A DNA stretch of 64,000 nt. Source: Histomonas meleagridis 2922-C6/04-290x. Taxonomy: Eukaryota; Protista; Parabasalia. This document shows positions 46,353 to 58,802 of this stretch, piece after piece. The notes under the pieces are model-generated. The model was not told where the DNA came from. It saw only the letters and a list, made by a program, of their open reading frames with translations, and ran no database searches. Position numbers and translations under genes: made by a program. Within the stretch, counting starts at the first letter, position 1; every line of letters starts with the position of its first letter. The DNA lies in assembly GCA_020184695.1 (NCBI GenBank), contig JAANOX010000238.1:372001-436000 (forward strand), in the 5' to 3' direction.

Positions 46353-47027
46353 AAACCTATCATCTTAATCTTTATCAAGTATTTTTTGTTTTTTAAAATA
46401 ATATTTGATAATGTGATAAAAATATCAATTGACATTTTTTTTTGACCAATACTTATACAAAAAAATATTTATTCTTGACAAGTTATTAACAAATATTATA
46501 AAGAAAAAGGAATAAATCTCCCGCACATCAAACTAATAAATCAGACACAACTTATACTGTGACTACGATAGAGCACTGAAAATTGAATAATTGGAATGAA
46601 AACATAAAATTACGAAATTCTAATTAAAAATATCATTATATATTCATTTACTGAAACACGCACAAATAATATCATACATATTTTCAATCAACAATGATAG
46701 AAATTAGAGATAATAGAGATAAACCTGTTTTTATTACACAAAATTTTTGAGTGCCACAAATCCAGTATTCAAATTTAAACCATCATGTCAAATTGACGGC
46801 AACGCCATAACCACCACAAATATCCATTTTTATAAAAACTTATTTTTCTCATAATCTATTCTAAATACTTTGAATTAATTTGGAAAATATTATAATTAGA
46901 TAAAATAAAATCTATATCCAGAAAAAATATTGCATACTCCTTAAACAAAATGAAATAAACCTATTTGACCAAAAAAGGTTAACTTTTTACACTTTCTGCA
47001 TTTTCAATACAGCACGATTTCAAACCG

Positions 47028-48353
47028 ATGTTTGCGCTCCTCGCAGCATACGCTCTATGCGAAGAACTTAAACCATTGATTCTCATGCCTGGACTTTATG
47101 GTTCACAAATTTATGGAACAACTGAAGATTTCGACACAAAATACTGGTATTGTGCTACATCATTAAACGACGAAGTAGTTTGGGTTGACGCAGCATATGT
47201 AATTCCACCTTTATACAACTGTTTGTTCGAAATTCTTGAAGGTTATTATGATAACGATAAGGGCATAATATCAAACAAGCCGAAATTAGATCTTCACCCA
47301 CACGATTATGGAGGTGTAGAAGGTATCAGAAAGGTAATTGATGTCTTTGGTATCAAAGTTATGGAATCATTTGACTCATTAATTGATTATCTTTTAGATA
47401 AGGGTTATGAAGTACAAAAGAACTTATTCGGAGCACCGTACGATTGGAGACTCGCTGTTGCCGGCTTAAGACATACAACATTCTTCACCGATCTTAAAGC
47501 TCTTTGTGAAAAGGCATATTCCGTCAGCAAACAAAAGGTCACTGTCTTAGGTTATTCACTTGGTGGCATGATGCTTTCCCAATTCTTAGGTAACACACCC
47601 GAAATCACAACAGCATGGAAGAATAAGTACATCGACAAAGCAATATTCTTAGCACCAGCATTTGCAGGCGCCGGTGATACACTTCCAGTTTCATGGTCTC
47701 AACAATTCCCAATTGCCACCTTCCTTCAAGATGAATCTATCAAGAATGCAATCATGAATATGCCATGTGTTCATGTCTTATATCCAAACCATGTTGTCTT
47801 CAAAGGCGATACAATCATTATCACAGAGGACGGCACCAAATTAGGCCCAGAATCAGTTGCGCAATTCTTCATTGATCATCAGAAATTAGTTGGAGACTCA
47901 ATCAAGATGCTCAACAAGAACCTTGAGATCTCTAAAGTTGCTCCAGCTGATCCAGGAGTTCCATTATTAATGATATACAATTCATATATCCAAACATTGA
48001 TTGGCCTTAGCTTTGAAAATGGCTACGACAGTGACCCAATCAACCTCTACACATCTGGTGATGGCACAGTTCCTTCAAAGGGACCAGAATGGGGCTGCAA
48101 GAATTGGGCTGCTGATAAGGCATTGATCTGCTACGACTTCAAGAACTCCGCCAGCGACTTCAACCACGGCGGACTGGGCAAGAACGCATACGTAAAGGAA
48201 CTTATCTACAACTACACAAATAACCTTTACGACGCATCTAACTGGCAGAACCAAGCACGATCAAGAATTGTAACGGCTCCTCTCGTCCTTTCTGATGAAG
48301 ACAATTACCTCGTCATGGATGACGTACGTCCTCAATCAGAAGTTGACGTATAA
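47028..48353 (+). CDS. Secreted LCAT / group XV phospholipase A2 family protein
   Basis: Signal peptide, PLILMPGLYGSQI, GAPYDWRL, GYSLGG nucleophile elbow, GDGTVP, FNHGG; C-rich third positions suggest high expression. Confidence 0.92.
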   Translation: MFALLAAYALCEELKPLILMPGLYGSQIYGTTEDFDTKYWYCATSLNDEVVWVDAAYVIPPLYNCLFEILEGYYDNDKGIISNKPKLDLHPHDYGGVEGIRKVIDVFGIKVMESFDSLIDYLLDKGYEVQKNLFGAPYDWRLAVAGLRHTTFFTDLKALCEKAYSVSKQKVTVLGYSLGGMMLSQFLGNTPEITTAWKNKYIDKAIFLAPAFAGAGDTLPVSWSQQFPIATFLQDESIKNAIMNMPCVHVLYPNHVVFKGDTIIITEDGTKLGPESVAQFFIDHQKLVGDSIKMLNKNLEISKVAPADPGVPLLMIYNSYIQTLIGLSFENGYDSDPINLYTSGDGTVPSKGPEWGCKNWAADKALICYDFKNSASDFNHGGLGKNAYVKELIYNYTNNLYDASNWQNQARSRIVTAPLVLSDEDNYLVMDDVRPQSEVDV

Positions 48354-48599
48354 TTAATTCACTAAACCCCCTCAAGAACTTTCATTTTGACCGTTTAAGT
48401 TTTCGGTGAATGTGACGGGTCACGTTTCGAGTGATATGAGTTTTGCGTGTGAATTCGGAAGCCAATTACTGAGCACGTTACATGCAACACAAGAAACATA
48501 AAATGTGTTCATTCAATTAATAAAATATGTTTCTCTTTTTGAGAATTATTCATAAATTTTAAATATAAATTTAAATATCATAAAAATTCATGCCAAACT

Positions 48600-49330
48600 A
48601 TTTGCTATTATGCATTATTCAACAACGCGTGTTGTTAAATTCACACCAAAATAAGAAAGTGTCCATTGGATCATCAAGAATTTTCTTTTACAACGCACCA
48701 AAACTTCTAAAGCGCTATCAAATACAAACATAGAATTTCAGATAATTAAATCATCGATTGAATATTTGTTATTTGGTGCGTTGTAACTCATCAAATATAT
48801 TCCTATTTCAGACAAGTTTTTGATTATCACAACAAATTCGCCGGGATCTGATGCCAAACAAACTAAGTAATTGCCGGCGTCCATAATGCCTTTGAAGGAA
48901 CTTCTCCGTAACACAATCTAAAGTATACTGAAATTATTTCTACAATGTCTTGCATCGAATTTTCAATTAAATCCAAAGTTTGAAGAATATCGGTAATAGT
49001 ATCCATACGAAAGAATTCATTACCACCATTCATTAACTTTAATATGTTTTTGGTTTCAAAGAAAATCTTTTTCCATTCGTTTGTTTGTTTGACAGTTAAT
49101 GATATATATCAATATTAATGTTTAAACGCGAAATTGGTATATTTTTCATCAGATTTTTTAATTACTTTATAAGGTTGAAAATTGTTTCTTATCTTATGTC
49201 TTTTTTCTATGAGTTGAAGTACTTCGTTGTTTTGAAACAATAAAGTATCTTCTTTCGATAATTGATACCCATTTCGAAATGAAATTTTTGTTAACGGAAT
49301 TCAGTTTGATTTGTAAGAAAGAACCTAACA
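48600..49330 (-). pseudogene. Decayed coding relic, family unknown
   Basis: Protein-like stretches (NEFFRMDTITDILQTLDLIENSMQDIVEIISVYF; MDAGNYLVCLASDPGEFVVII) broken by stops and shifts. Confidence 0.3.
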
Positions 49331-49713
49331 TAAAATGGATTTACTAATATCGAATTCCAATTTGTTGAAAATCACAATAATGAGAATTTATAAATTCTAA
49401 TAAAATTTTTATTTTCCTTTTAAACGACATTCCATTACTCGCTGTTACGACTGTCTTATTTAGATCTTAGTTTGAGTCAGTGTGTGTAAGTGTCTTATTT
49501 GATGCTTATGAACAGTTCAACTGTTCTCATTTTCAAATAATTGAAATTTCTTCATAATAAAAAAATATATTAACACGCTATAGATATTTATTTAAAATAT
49601 CAAAATTTTGAATTTTTTTAGACAAATTTCATGAAATATTAAAATTTTATTTTTGACAAATATTTAAATTCATTATAATCGTTATCATGTGAAATGTTAT
49701 ATGAAAATGAATT

Positions 49714-50181
49714 ATGTTTTACTTGTTGTTCGTATTCGGAAAATCAAAAGAATGTACAGACTTATATAGTTGGCAATATAAATGCGAAGATGGAGACCCA
49801 TCAAATATTACTTGGGCAAAGGAACACTGCTTGAAAAATTATTATTGGAATCAAACATGTGAAGTTTTTGACGATGTTATTTGTGATGGAAATCGCACAT
49901 TTACAATACAGAAATGGTGTCCAAATCAAAATGGTGCACATTATGGATTAGCTGTTTTATTATCTTTTTTCTTTGGATTTTTTGGAGTTGACAGATTTTA
50001 TCTCGGATATTATACATATGGAATTCTTAAGCTTTTTACGTGCGGAATGTTTTTGTTCGGATACTTTGTTGATTGTATTTTAATATCATTCCAGATTGTT
50101 GGACCAGCAGATGGAAGTGGATATAGAGCATTAAAGCCATTTCCTTTTTTAACAAAAAATAATCACTCAGATATTTTTTAA
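49714..50181 (+). CDS. TM2-domain protein
   Basis: Cys-rich ectodomain; AVLLSFFFGFFGVDRFYLGY..YGILKLFTCG..VD...GPADGS. Confidence 0.92.
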   Translation: MFYLLFVFGKSKECTDLYSWQYKCEDGDPSNITWAKEHCLKNYYWNQTCEVFDDVICDGNRTFTIQKWCPNQNGAHYGLAVLLSFFFGFFGVDRFYLGYYTYGILKLFTCGMFLFGYFVDCILISFQIVGPADGSGYRALKPFPFLTKNNHSDIF

Positions 50182-50545
50182 TTCATCTAAATATAATGAT
50201 GTCAAGTACAAAATTTTTGTTCATTCTAAAAACTAAATAAAGTATATGTTATGGTTCTTATTTGATGCTTTGGTTGGTAATGATTCTTCATTTGACTGTA
50301 CATCCCAAAATTAAATGATCATTTTGATGTTTTTATTTTTTGATACTTTTTCAGGAGAGAATTATAAGAGCTGTTATAAGCTGATTCGCGATATATTTGA
50401 AAAAAAATGAAAATGTATATTTGTTATAACATTGCATATTTTCACATGTATGAATTTTTCTTATAAAAAAGGCAATAGTTTCAATTTTTTATAAGAAAAA
50501 TTGTTGGGTTTTACAAGATTTATATTTATTGATTGAGAAATAATA

Positions 50546-51022
50546 TTAAAGCTGTCTTTGCCTTTGTCGTTGTTTGTCACGCTTCTGTTGTTTTTTGCTT
50601 ACATCTTTCTTCATAACCATTCCTGGTCGCTTTTGCTTATTTTGCTTCTTAGGCTTTTCTTTCAGTTCTCTGGATTGCTGCTTTCGAGATAATATCTTTT
50701 CCTTCTTCTGCCTTTGCTCATCAAGGCTATCTCTGATTCGTTGCAATTCTTCATCAGTACGAACCATCTCTGCAAACATATCTGGAGGACGCTCAATTAG
50801 GATTTTATTTTTAAGCATAATTTCCTTTGCTTCAGTTACACCTTCGAGCGCTAATGTCAAAAACTCTTGTTCGTAATCACCTGTAAGATCTGGTGATCTT
50901 GAAAAATTCATCGAAAAAGTTTCAACAAAATTAGTGTTTTCGTCTCCTAGATCTTCATGAAGGTCTTTAAGTTTTTGCTCGAATAAATTTTTACATTCTT
51001 CTTCAGTAAGCTTTTTCTTCAT
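50546..51022 (-). CDS. EBP2: rRNA-processing protein Ebp2 (compact)
   Basis: ALEGVTEAK...IERPPDMFAEMVRTDEELQRIRDSL matches the Ebp2 core RPxDYFAEMxKSDEHM; basic tail. Confidence 0.85.
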   Translation of the reverse strand: MKKKLTEEECKNLFEQKLKDLHEDLGDENTNFVETFSMNFSRSPDLTGDYEQEFLTLALEGVTEAKEIMLKNKILIERPPDMFAEMVRTDEELQRIRDSLDEQRQKKEKILSRKQQSRELKEKPKKQNKQKRPGMVMKKDVSKKQQKRDKQRQRQRQL

Positions 51023-51689
51023 TTTTAGGCGACCAAAGCGTCACTTTTTAATTTACATGATCTTAAAAAAATTAACAAAACAAAAATAAAGCTTTATGGA
51101 ATTTTTAATGAACTAATTTTTAGTCAAAGATGTATATATATATATATAAATAACAAGAAAGATTTCTTCCACTTTTTTTTCTTACAACGTTGTTATATAT
51201 TTCTTAAAGCATTTATTGTCTTAACAAAATATTTATCCAAATAACAAACGCATTGCAAGGAAAGTAAATATTATATTAATCGAAAGATATTACAGTAAAA
51301 ATGCATTATTTTTCCAAAAAGCAAAAGAAAGATATTTTAATTTTTAAATAAGTATAACATGTTTACCTTGAGCAGTACTGCTTTTATCTGTGATAATACC
51401 TTATTATCTCCATGAGAATAGGAAAAAACAAGAAAAAAGACGTTAAGTCACTTCAACTTATTCATATTATACCATCCAAAGTTTGTTATATAGCATTGCA
51501 AAACAAGGAAGCAACGTCCGTATTTTGTTACCTGAGAGCGATACGAACATTAGCTTAAGTCTGAAATGGGCATCTACAATTGCATCTTGTTTGAACAAAT
51601 AAATTCAATAACAAATAATCGTTTTTGACTTTCGGGATATTTAAACTTTTTCATATAACACAATCAATTTTTTGAATAAATTTGCAAAA

Positions 51690-52204
51690 ATGATAATCCC
51701 CAAAATCTTAGATGTTTTATTTGGATTATCACTTATTGCTCTTATTGTAACATCGGTGTATGCTTTCTTTCTAACGCACAGAATTCATTTGTTTGTTTAG
51801 TTTTTAACAACAGTCTAATTATTTCAAATAGATCACTTTTCCCTGAATTAGAACTCACATCTGGAATCACAAACCTACGTTTAGGTAGTGTTGTTGACAG
51901 TATTGTTATCATATTTATTTGTTTTATTTTATTCGTCAGATATTTTCTTCCTCTTGAAAAAAACAAAAAAACCGTATTTTTAGTTTCTAACACATAGATT
52001 GGTTATGGTGTATGGTCAAATTTTCTGTTTAATATTTTAATGGCAATAATTGTTTTCTTTTTTGCGGGAATTTTAGGTGTTGTAACATCATGCTTTCACA
52101 TATTAGTCACAACTATGTATCTCATTTTTACACTTTGGTTCAAAAAAAGGAAAAAAGATATTATTTTGAAGGAGGAAGAAGATGAAAGCGAACATACTGA
52201 ATAA
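51690..52204 (+). pseudogene. Relic of a multi-pass membrane protein
   Basis: Successive hydrophobic segments with a frameshift near 51800 and in-frame TAG 51995-51997; ends KKRKK..EEEDESEHTE*. Confidence 0.4.
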
Positions 52205-52445
52205 AACTGTAATTATTTAACTTAAAAATTTTTGCTATATTATGTTTACTTTATGAGCATCAAAAGTATTATCAACAGTTTTTGAGCATCAAATTAAGTT
52301 AATCTGATTCTAAGATAAACTGCTAAAATTTGAATCCAATTATATAAAATTGAATTTATTTTAGCATTTTAGTGAATAATTCCAATATATATTTTATTTC
52401 ACGATTTAACTTCAGTCTTTTTTCATCTGCAACTACAACATGAGA

Positions 52446-52468
52446 AACCGTTTAATACGCGACCGTTA
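52446..52468 (+). promoter_or_regulatory. Tandem M3-like elements upstream of Nup93
   Basis: AACCGTTT 52446-52453 and GACCGTTA 52461-52468; ATG at 52487. Confidence 0.55.
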
Positions 52469-52486
52469 ACATTAGAGGCTTCAGCG

Positions 52487-54625
52487 ATGGAGGGTCGTTT
52501 TGATGAAAGCCAACTTGATGATATTCTTTCAAGATCTATGCGACTTGAAACATTATCACAGTTTCAAATACAGATGCCTCTTACAGATATTATTCATTCT
52601 ACAAGGATGATTCAAAAAGATCAAAATAATGATGATGCAATTCGTAAAGGGCAACATTTCCTTGCAGGCAATGAGGACTTTCCTCGTTCAGCTGAAATTC
52701 TGCGAAATCTAAAAATTGAAACTGTCGAAGAAGATAATTATTTATCATTTAGCGATAGAAGCCAAGAATGTTATCAAACATCAATTGTATCTTCCATAAC
52801 TAATGTACACCAAATTACGCATAAGCAATTTCAGAATTTCTTCAATGAAAATTTACAAAATTATATACAAGGTCATCATGAAAGTGTTGAGCAATCATCT
52901 ATTGCTGTTCCTGTCAATCAAATTGAAGGGAAAGTTCTTGAAGGCACCAAAATGGAACTTACATCTTCTGCTAATTCGTTTATTATTGCTTTAACAAGTA
53001 ATCCTAACGATATACTTGAAGGCTTTTTGGAGACTGTTTCCTCTCCTTTGTTTTCTTACCTCGGCGAGCTTCAAAAACCATATTGTGACATATTTATTAT
53101 TCTGAATACATTACGTAAATATCCAAGTGACATTATTGCCGGGTCCCTTGAATTCCTTGAAGAAAAAGCTAAACGATTTATTCAAATTGAAGTTAACTCT
53201 AATCTTAGTAAAGCTAAACGTGGAGGAACAATTGGAATAATCCAAACAATCCAAGGATATTTGAATATTCAAAGGCACAAATTCTATCAAAGTTCTTGGG
53301 CAGTTATATATTATGCTTTGCGATGTGGGGAAATTAATTCCGCACTTGAATATGCAAATGCACATAGTACTGATTTTGATAACGATGTAATACTAGCATT
53401 AAAGCTTCGAAGCATGGGCCACGAGCTTGACGAGTCACGTTATAATTCCTTGGTGTCCTCCCTTAACAGGGAGGCCACACTTGTCACTCAAGATCCATTC
53501 AAAATTCTATCGTTGGCGGTTTTAACGGGCTCCCGCATAATCCCATCAAACGATGTTATAAACACTATTGAAGATTGGCTTTGGTTAATGTTACATCTTA
53601 ATCCTGACTTAAATAGTATTTCGAATGAATTCCATGAAAAGAATGTAGTTTTTAGTGATTCTTCTAATCCATTTTTACATGGCCAAATTTTATTGTTAAT
53701 TGGTCAATTTGAAGAAGCTGCTGAAATCTTTTTAAATGATAGCAATAATATCCAATGCAATTTGCATTCAGTTTTAATTATGCATATCACCAAATTTATC
53801 AGTTCCAAATTGTTATACAATAACATTAAATCACCATTACTAGACTATGCTAAAAAGCTATTTAAAGCTAGTCCCTTAAATTCCATCCGATATTTATCAT
53901 ATATTGATTCATCAGCAGATCGAATTAAAGCGATTTCAGACCTAATCATTGAAGTTGATAATGGGGAAATAATCTTTAATTCTCAAACCGAAATGTCATA
54001 TATCTCACAAATATTAATTTATTCCGAACAAAACTTAGTCTTAGAAACTGCTGCTAAAGAGTCTGAACTCCAAGACCAGCTTACAAAATCGAGTAAGTTT
54101 TATCGATTGATTCCAGATTATTCATCTGTCATCAGAATTGAATGCAAAAAATTATGCCAATATATTCAAGGGTTTATAAACAATGACATCGTACCGAACA
54201 TTATTTTGACATACAATGAAATGTCAAAATATCAAATTGACATAAACCCGCAACTTTTTGAAGATTTCAGAGCTTTATTACGTATCGGCTGTGCATTTCG
54301 GTTATTTAACGTCGATAAAATCGATGCTTATCAAAAGGCATTAAATGAAATCGAGGCTTCGGAACTAATTCCTCTCTCCAAGTTAAGGGTTAAGGAATTC
54401 ACGGAAAGATTAAAGCATAGAAATGATTTCGTGAAAAATGTATTGCCGGCAACAATCATTATGAACATGAAGGCTTTAGTAAAAGTTAATAGTTTGGAAA
54501 AAAATATGGCCGAAGGAATTAAAGAACGAAGTGACGCTTTAATGGCTTTCGCTGGAATGTTGGAAATGCCAACAAAAATGCAAAAAGAACTTTTGGATTT
54601 ACAATTGGAATTCGTTTGGGAATAA
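52487..54625 (+). CDS. NUP93: Nucleoporin Nup93/Nic96
   Basis: WAVIYYALRCG, QDPFKI, TIEDWLWL, LLLIGQFEEA motifs. Confidence 0.9.
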   Translation: MEGRFDESQLDDILSRSMRLETLSQFQIQMPLTDIIHSTRMIQKDQNNDDAIRKGQHFLAGNEDFPRSAEILRNLKIETVEEDNYLSFSDRSQECYQTSIVSSITNVHQITHKQFQNFFNENLQNYIQGHHESVEQSSIAVPVNQIEGKVLEGTKMELTSSANSFIIALTSNPNDILEGFLETVSSPLFSYLGELQKPYCDIFIILNTLRKYPSDIIAGSLEFLEEKAKRFIQIEVNSNLSKAKRGGTIGIIQTIQGYLNIQRHKFYQSSWAVIYYALRCGEINSALEYANAHSTDFDNDVILALKLRSMGHELDESRYNSLVSSLNREATLVTQDPFKILSLAVLTGSRIIPSNDVINTIEDWLWLMLHLNPDLNSISNEFHEKNVVFSDSSNPFLHGQILLLIGQFEEAAEIFLNDSNNIQCNLHSVLIMHITKFISSKLLYNNIKSPLLDYAKKLFKASPLNSIRYLSYIDSSADRIKAISDLIIEVDNGEIIFNSQTEMSYISQILIYSEQNLVLETAAKESELQDQLTKSSKFYRLIPDYSSVIRIECKKLCQYIQGFINNDIVPNIILTYNEMSKYQIDINPQLFEDFRALLRIGCAFRLFNVDKIDAYQKALNEIEASELIPLSKLRVKEFTERLKHRNDFVKNVLPATIIMNMKALVKVNSLEKNMAEGIKERSDALMAFAGMLEMPTKMQKELLDLQLEFVWE

Positions 54626-55230
54626 TTATTATAAATAAAAATATTAAATGAAAAATATTTTTTTTAATAAAGTTAAAGGAGTGCATTAATATAATCATTT
54701 ACAAAAGAGAACAAATTATTATGGCTTCTCCTTAAGCCCAAAACAGTGATTTCCAAAAAATTAGTAAAACAAATTACTTATTGATTTTTTGACTTCTTAA
54801 TTGGCCATATATAGATTTTTGTCATTTTTATGAAAACGTGACCGTTTATATTCGGACCCAAAAAAATTCAAAGCATACTCAAATTTTCAGAATAACGATA
54901 AATATTTTGAATACCATTCAAACTTGCACACCAAATTGCCTGTTTTTCAGAGTGTATCGTTGATGCCCACCCCCATTCAATTTTGCCCATGGGCAGCCTT
55001 GTGAACCATGGAGCCTGGTTAAAGTTAAAATGGAATATTTTATCATGTTCATATTATTTGTATGACATTATTTCATTTAATTGCCAAAAATTTCAAAATG
55101 GGATTTTAAAATATGATAATTCACTAAATAGCATTTATTTAATATTTTATATTAAATAGGTTTAAACTGAGTTCTTTCATATATTTTCAGTGCGATTATT
55201 TTGTGAACCATTAGAAGCATTTTATTTAAA

Positions 55231-57112
55231 TCATATCCATTTATCTGTTTCATTATTTATAAGATTAGAGTGATTCCTTTGTCAACATTTTCTGATATAT
55301 TATATGAAGAAGATTTAGATGGAACATTAGAAGTTGATTTTGAAATATTATTTTGACCTTTGCGGATTACAAATAATCAATAAAATTACGATAACAGAAC
55401 CACATATAATACCAATTAAAACATTTGTCGGAATTTGATTTTCTTGTGTTTTAGTTTGTGGAAATATAGTAAAGTAATTGGAATAATAGAAATAATAAGT
55501 AGAATATTGCTAAATAGAATATTCGTAATATATAAATTGAGAGTTAATATATGTCGATATTGAATCAGTATAAGTAAAGGTGAATGAATGCGTTGAAAAT
55601 TTATTATGTAATGTTAATGTTTGCGTAATTGAATAAGTTTTCGTTAATATATATGAAAACGAAAATGTTGTTGGAAAATGTGATAAGTCTGCAAATGTAT
55701 TCGACTTGGTAAATGCGTTCGATTTAGTAATTGCATGTGTATTAGAAAATGTGTTTGGCTTAGTAAATGTATCGGAATTAGAAAAGGAATTAGTAAATGG
55801 ATGTGTTGGCCATTGATACGCTTCGCAATCTTCAATTGAAGAACCTTTGGATACGCTAAGATTACCAAATGTTATGTTTTGATATAAATCTGATGTCATA
55901 ACATATTTCGCTGGTGTATCAACAAAAGAATTGGGATCTATTTCTATTGGATGTTGATATCCAGTGAAATAAATACATTTGAGATTTTTACATTGAAATG
56001 CAGAACCTCCAATTGAAGTTACATTTTTCCCAATAATAACTGTTGTCAAATTATCACAATATTGAAATGCAGATGGTCCAATTGATATTACTGAATCAGG
56101 AATTGTAATATTAGTTAATAAATAACATTCAAAAAATGCATGGCCCTCAATTGTGTTAACATTTTCACCAATAATAACTGTTTCTAAATTAAAACAGTAA
56201 CCAAATGCAAACGAGTTAGTTATTAAAAATCCAGAAAATGCATAATTTCCGATTGTATTAACAGTTTCTGGCATTTCAAATGTTTTGTTCGTAATTCCTA
56301 TTGGATAACAAACAATTGTTGTAAAGTTTTTATCATAAAGTACTCCATTATCACTATTAGAATAATTTTTATTTTCTTTCGATACATTGATAAATTGAAG
56401 ACTTGAACATCCTTTAAAAACACCTGATCCAATGAATGTTACTGATTTAGGAATTGGTATGTTTTTTAAAGATTTGCAATATATGAATGCATTAGAACTG
56501 ATTATTTCCACATTTTCTCCAATAAGAACTATTTCCAAGTTATTACATTGATAAAATGCAAATTCTTTTATTATTGTAACTGACCATGGAATTGTTATAT
56601 TTTTTAACCAACAACATCCATAAAATGCAGAAGTTTCTATAATTGTAACAGTGTTTCATTTGTAATTCCTGCTGGATAACAAATAAGGGTTGAGATATTC
56701 CAATCATAAAGAATACCATTATCACTGTTATAATAATTGTTATTTTCATCTGATACATTAATAAATTCTAGACCTGAACATCCTATAAAAACATTTGTTC
56801 CAATAGAATTTACTGTATTAGTGCACTTCCTTCAATTGTTGTGATAGGTTCATTAATTTGTACTGAAACACTACTTTGAATAATCTTAATACCAGATATC
56901 ATAAGATATTGAGTTTAACTTTTATATTCCTCTCTGTCTTTATATTCAGTCTCATTAGATATATTGAGTGTATTTGTTGCATTGACGAATGTTTCTAATG
57001 ACAGCGTGAAAAAGAAAACAAATGAAATAAGAAAATCTTTGTGATAAATTCCTTTGGAAATAATATTTTTAATTCTATGCATATTCTTAAATATAATCGA
57101 AAACAAAATCAA
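55231..57112 (-). pseudogene. Fragmented BspA-like surface protein
   Basis: SDNGVLYDKNFTTIVCYP, IPDSVISIGPSAF, FTKSN stalk, truncated TM LIGIICGSVIVILLII and tail ETDKWI* (55231); several stops and shifts. Confidence 0.85.
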
Positions 57113-57336
57113 AATACAAAAAAAAAGCTTGATAAAAAATAAAGAAGTTTGAGGAAAATCGAAAAAGAAACTTAAGAACTTATGAAAATTAGAAGAACAT
57201 ATATAGTTGCAGTGATAAATTCCTAATGTAATCTTCTGTTTAACGTTGAATAAAAAGGCATTTAAACTCTATAATGGAATAAGTATCAATGTTCCACAAA
57301 TACATATTCCCAAAATAATTTATCAATAATTAATAT

Positions 57337-58465
57337 TTATTGAATCTGTTTAACCGTTATAGATCCATCATTTCCACACAACACCAACAACTGTCCATTC
57401 TGTATGTACGAACACAAACATATATCCTTTTCATCGTTACATTCGTCCAATTTTCCATTTACCAAATCGAAGACATAAATTTTATTTTCGCATGAATATA
57501 ATAAAATTTTATCATCATCAACAAATTCCCAACATTTTACTTTAAACTGTAAGAAAACTTTTGAAAATTTATCATTTTCGAATATATCAATTTCGCCATT
57601 TTCGCATAAACATAACAAAGATTTATTATTATTAACATTTGGTATTAATTTTATAATATTTAAATTATTATGATCGAATTTAATTAATTTTTCGTTTTGT
57701 ATATTATATGAATAAAGATTTCCATCATTACAACTTAAATAAAACAAATCATTTATATAAGTTGAAGACAAAACTTTTAATTCATAATTAATATCTATAT
57801 CCCATTCAGATATTAATTTTTGTGTCTTTAAATTCCATAATTTTATCGAACCATTCGATGTAACAGTATAAAAATGCTCTTCATCAATAAACAATGAATT
57901 AAAAATCAAATTTTCTTCATCAAATCGAAAGTCAACTCTAAACATATAATTAATTTGATTCTTTATAGGTTCCCAAAAGAATATACATCCATCATTTGCT
58001 GATACTACTATATGATCATTTCCATTTAATACAATTAAAATAGGTTTCGATAGTTTCGATTGATATATTTTCTAGTTTATATTCGATGATATCCAATTTT
58101 TCATCGATATATAATATATTATTATTATTTGTAGTAAAACTTATTCCATTATTACAAGATAAATATTTAAATGTTTCATTATTTGTTAAAACATTTTTAT
58201 GGAAACTTTCAATAATTTCTTTTTCTTTTATGTTGTTTGAATTCCTATGTCGTCTAACAATAGCATCATCTTGTTCTGCTGGTGATATTGATTGTTCTTG
58301 TTGTTGTTCATATATTAAATCTCCTAAACTTTCATCATAATCAATGGAAGATCCATACATTAGTGTTGTAGCAAATGATATGAAATAATTATTAATATTA
58401 TTTTGAATTTTTAGGTTATTGAACTTAAATTTAAATAAAACAACAAATTTAAAATTAGTGTACAA
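57337..58465 (-). pseudogene. WD40-repeat protein, frameshifted (Raptor-C-terminus-like, uncertain)
   Basis: DHIVVSANDGCIFFWE is in frame with ORF 57945-57337 (TVTSNGSIKLWN, CGNDGSITV); frameshift near 58030; upstream part contains stops. Confidence 0.5.
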
Positions 58466-58802
58466 AAGAAAAATATCATAAATATCATTAAAGCAATAAA
58501 TAATATTGTTTATTATATTCTGAACAATGTTATTAAAATCATGAAGAAATTCAGCACAAACATAATCTGTATAAGATAATAAAAAGCATCAGCTTCTTTT
58601 ATCTTTTGCAATTCCATTTCATTCATTGCTTGTGCTAAAACATTAATTTGTGCATATTCTATGAGAATATATAAATTTTCTTTATCTGAAAAAAAATTTG
58701 ATATTTTATTGTTATTTTGTTTAATTAATTTCTCGAAAATTTCATCCGGCCCTTTTAATTTTTTAAAATCGTCTAAAGAATGTTTATTAATTGGTATTTG
58801 TT

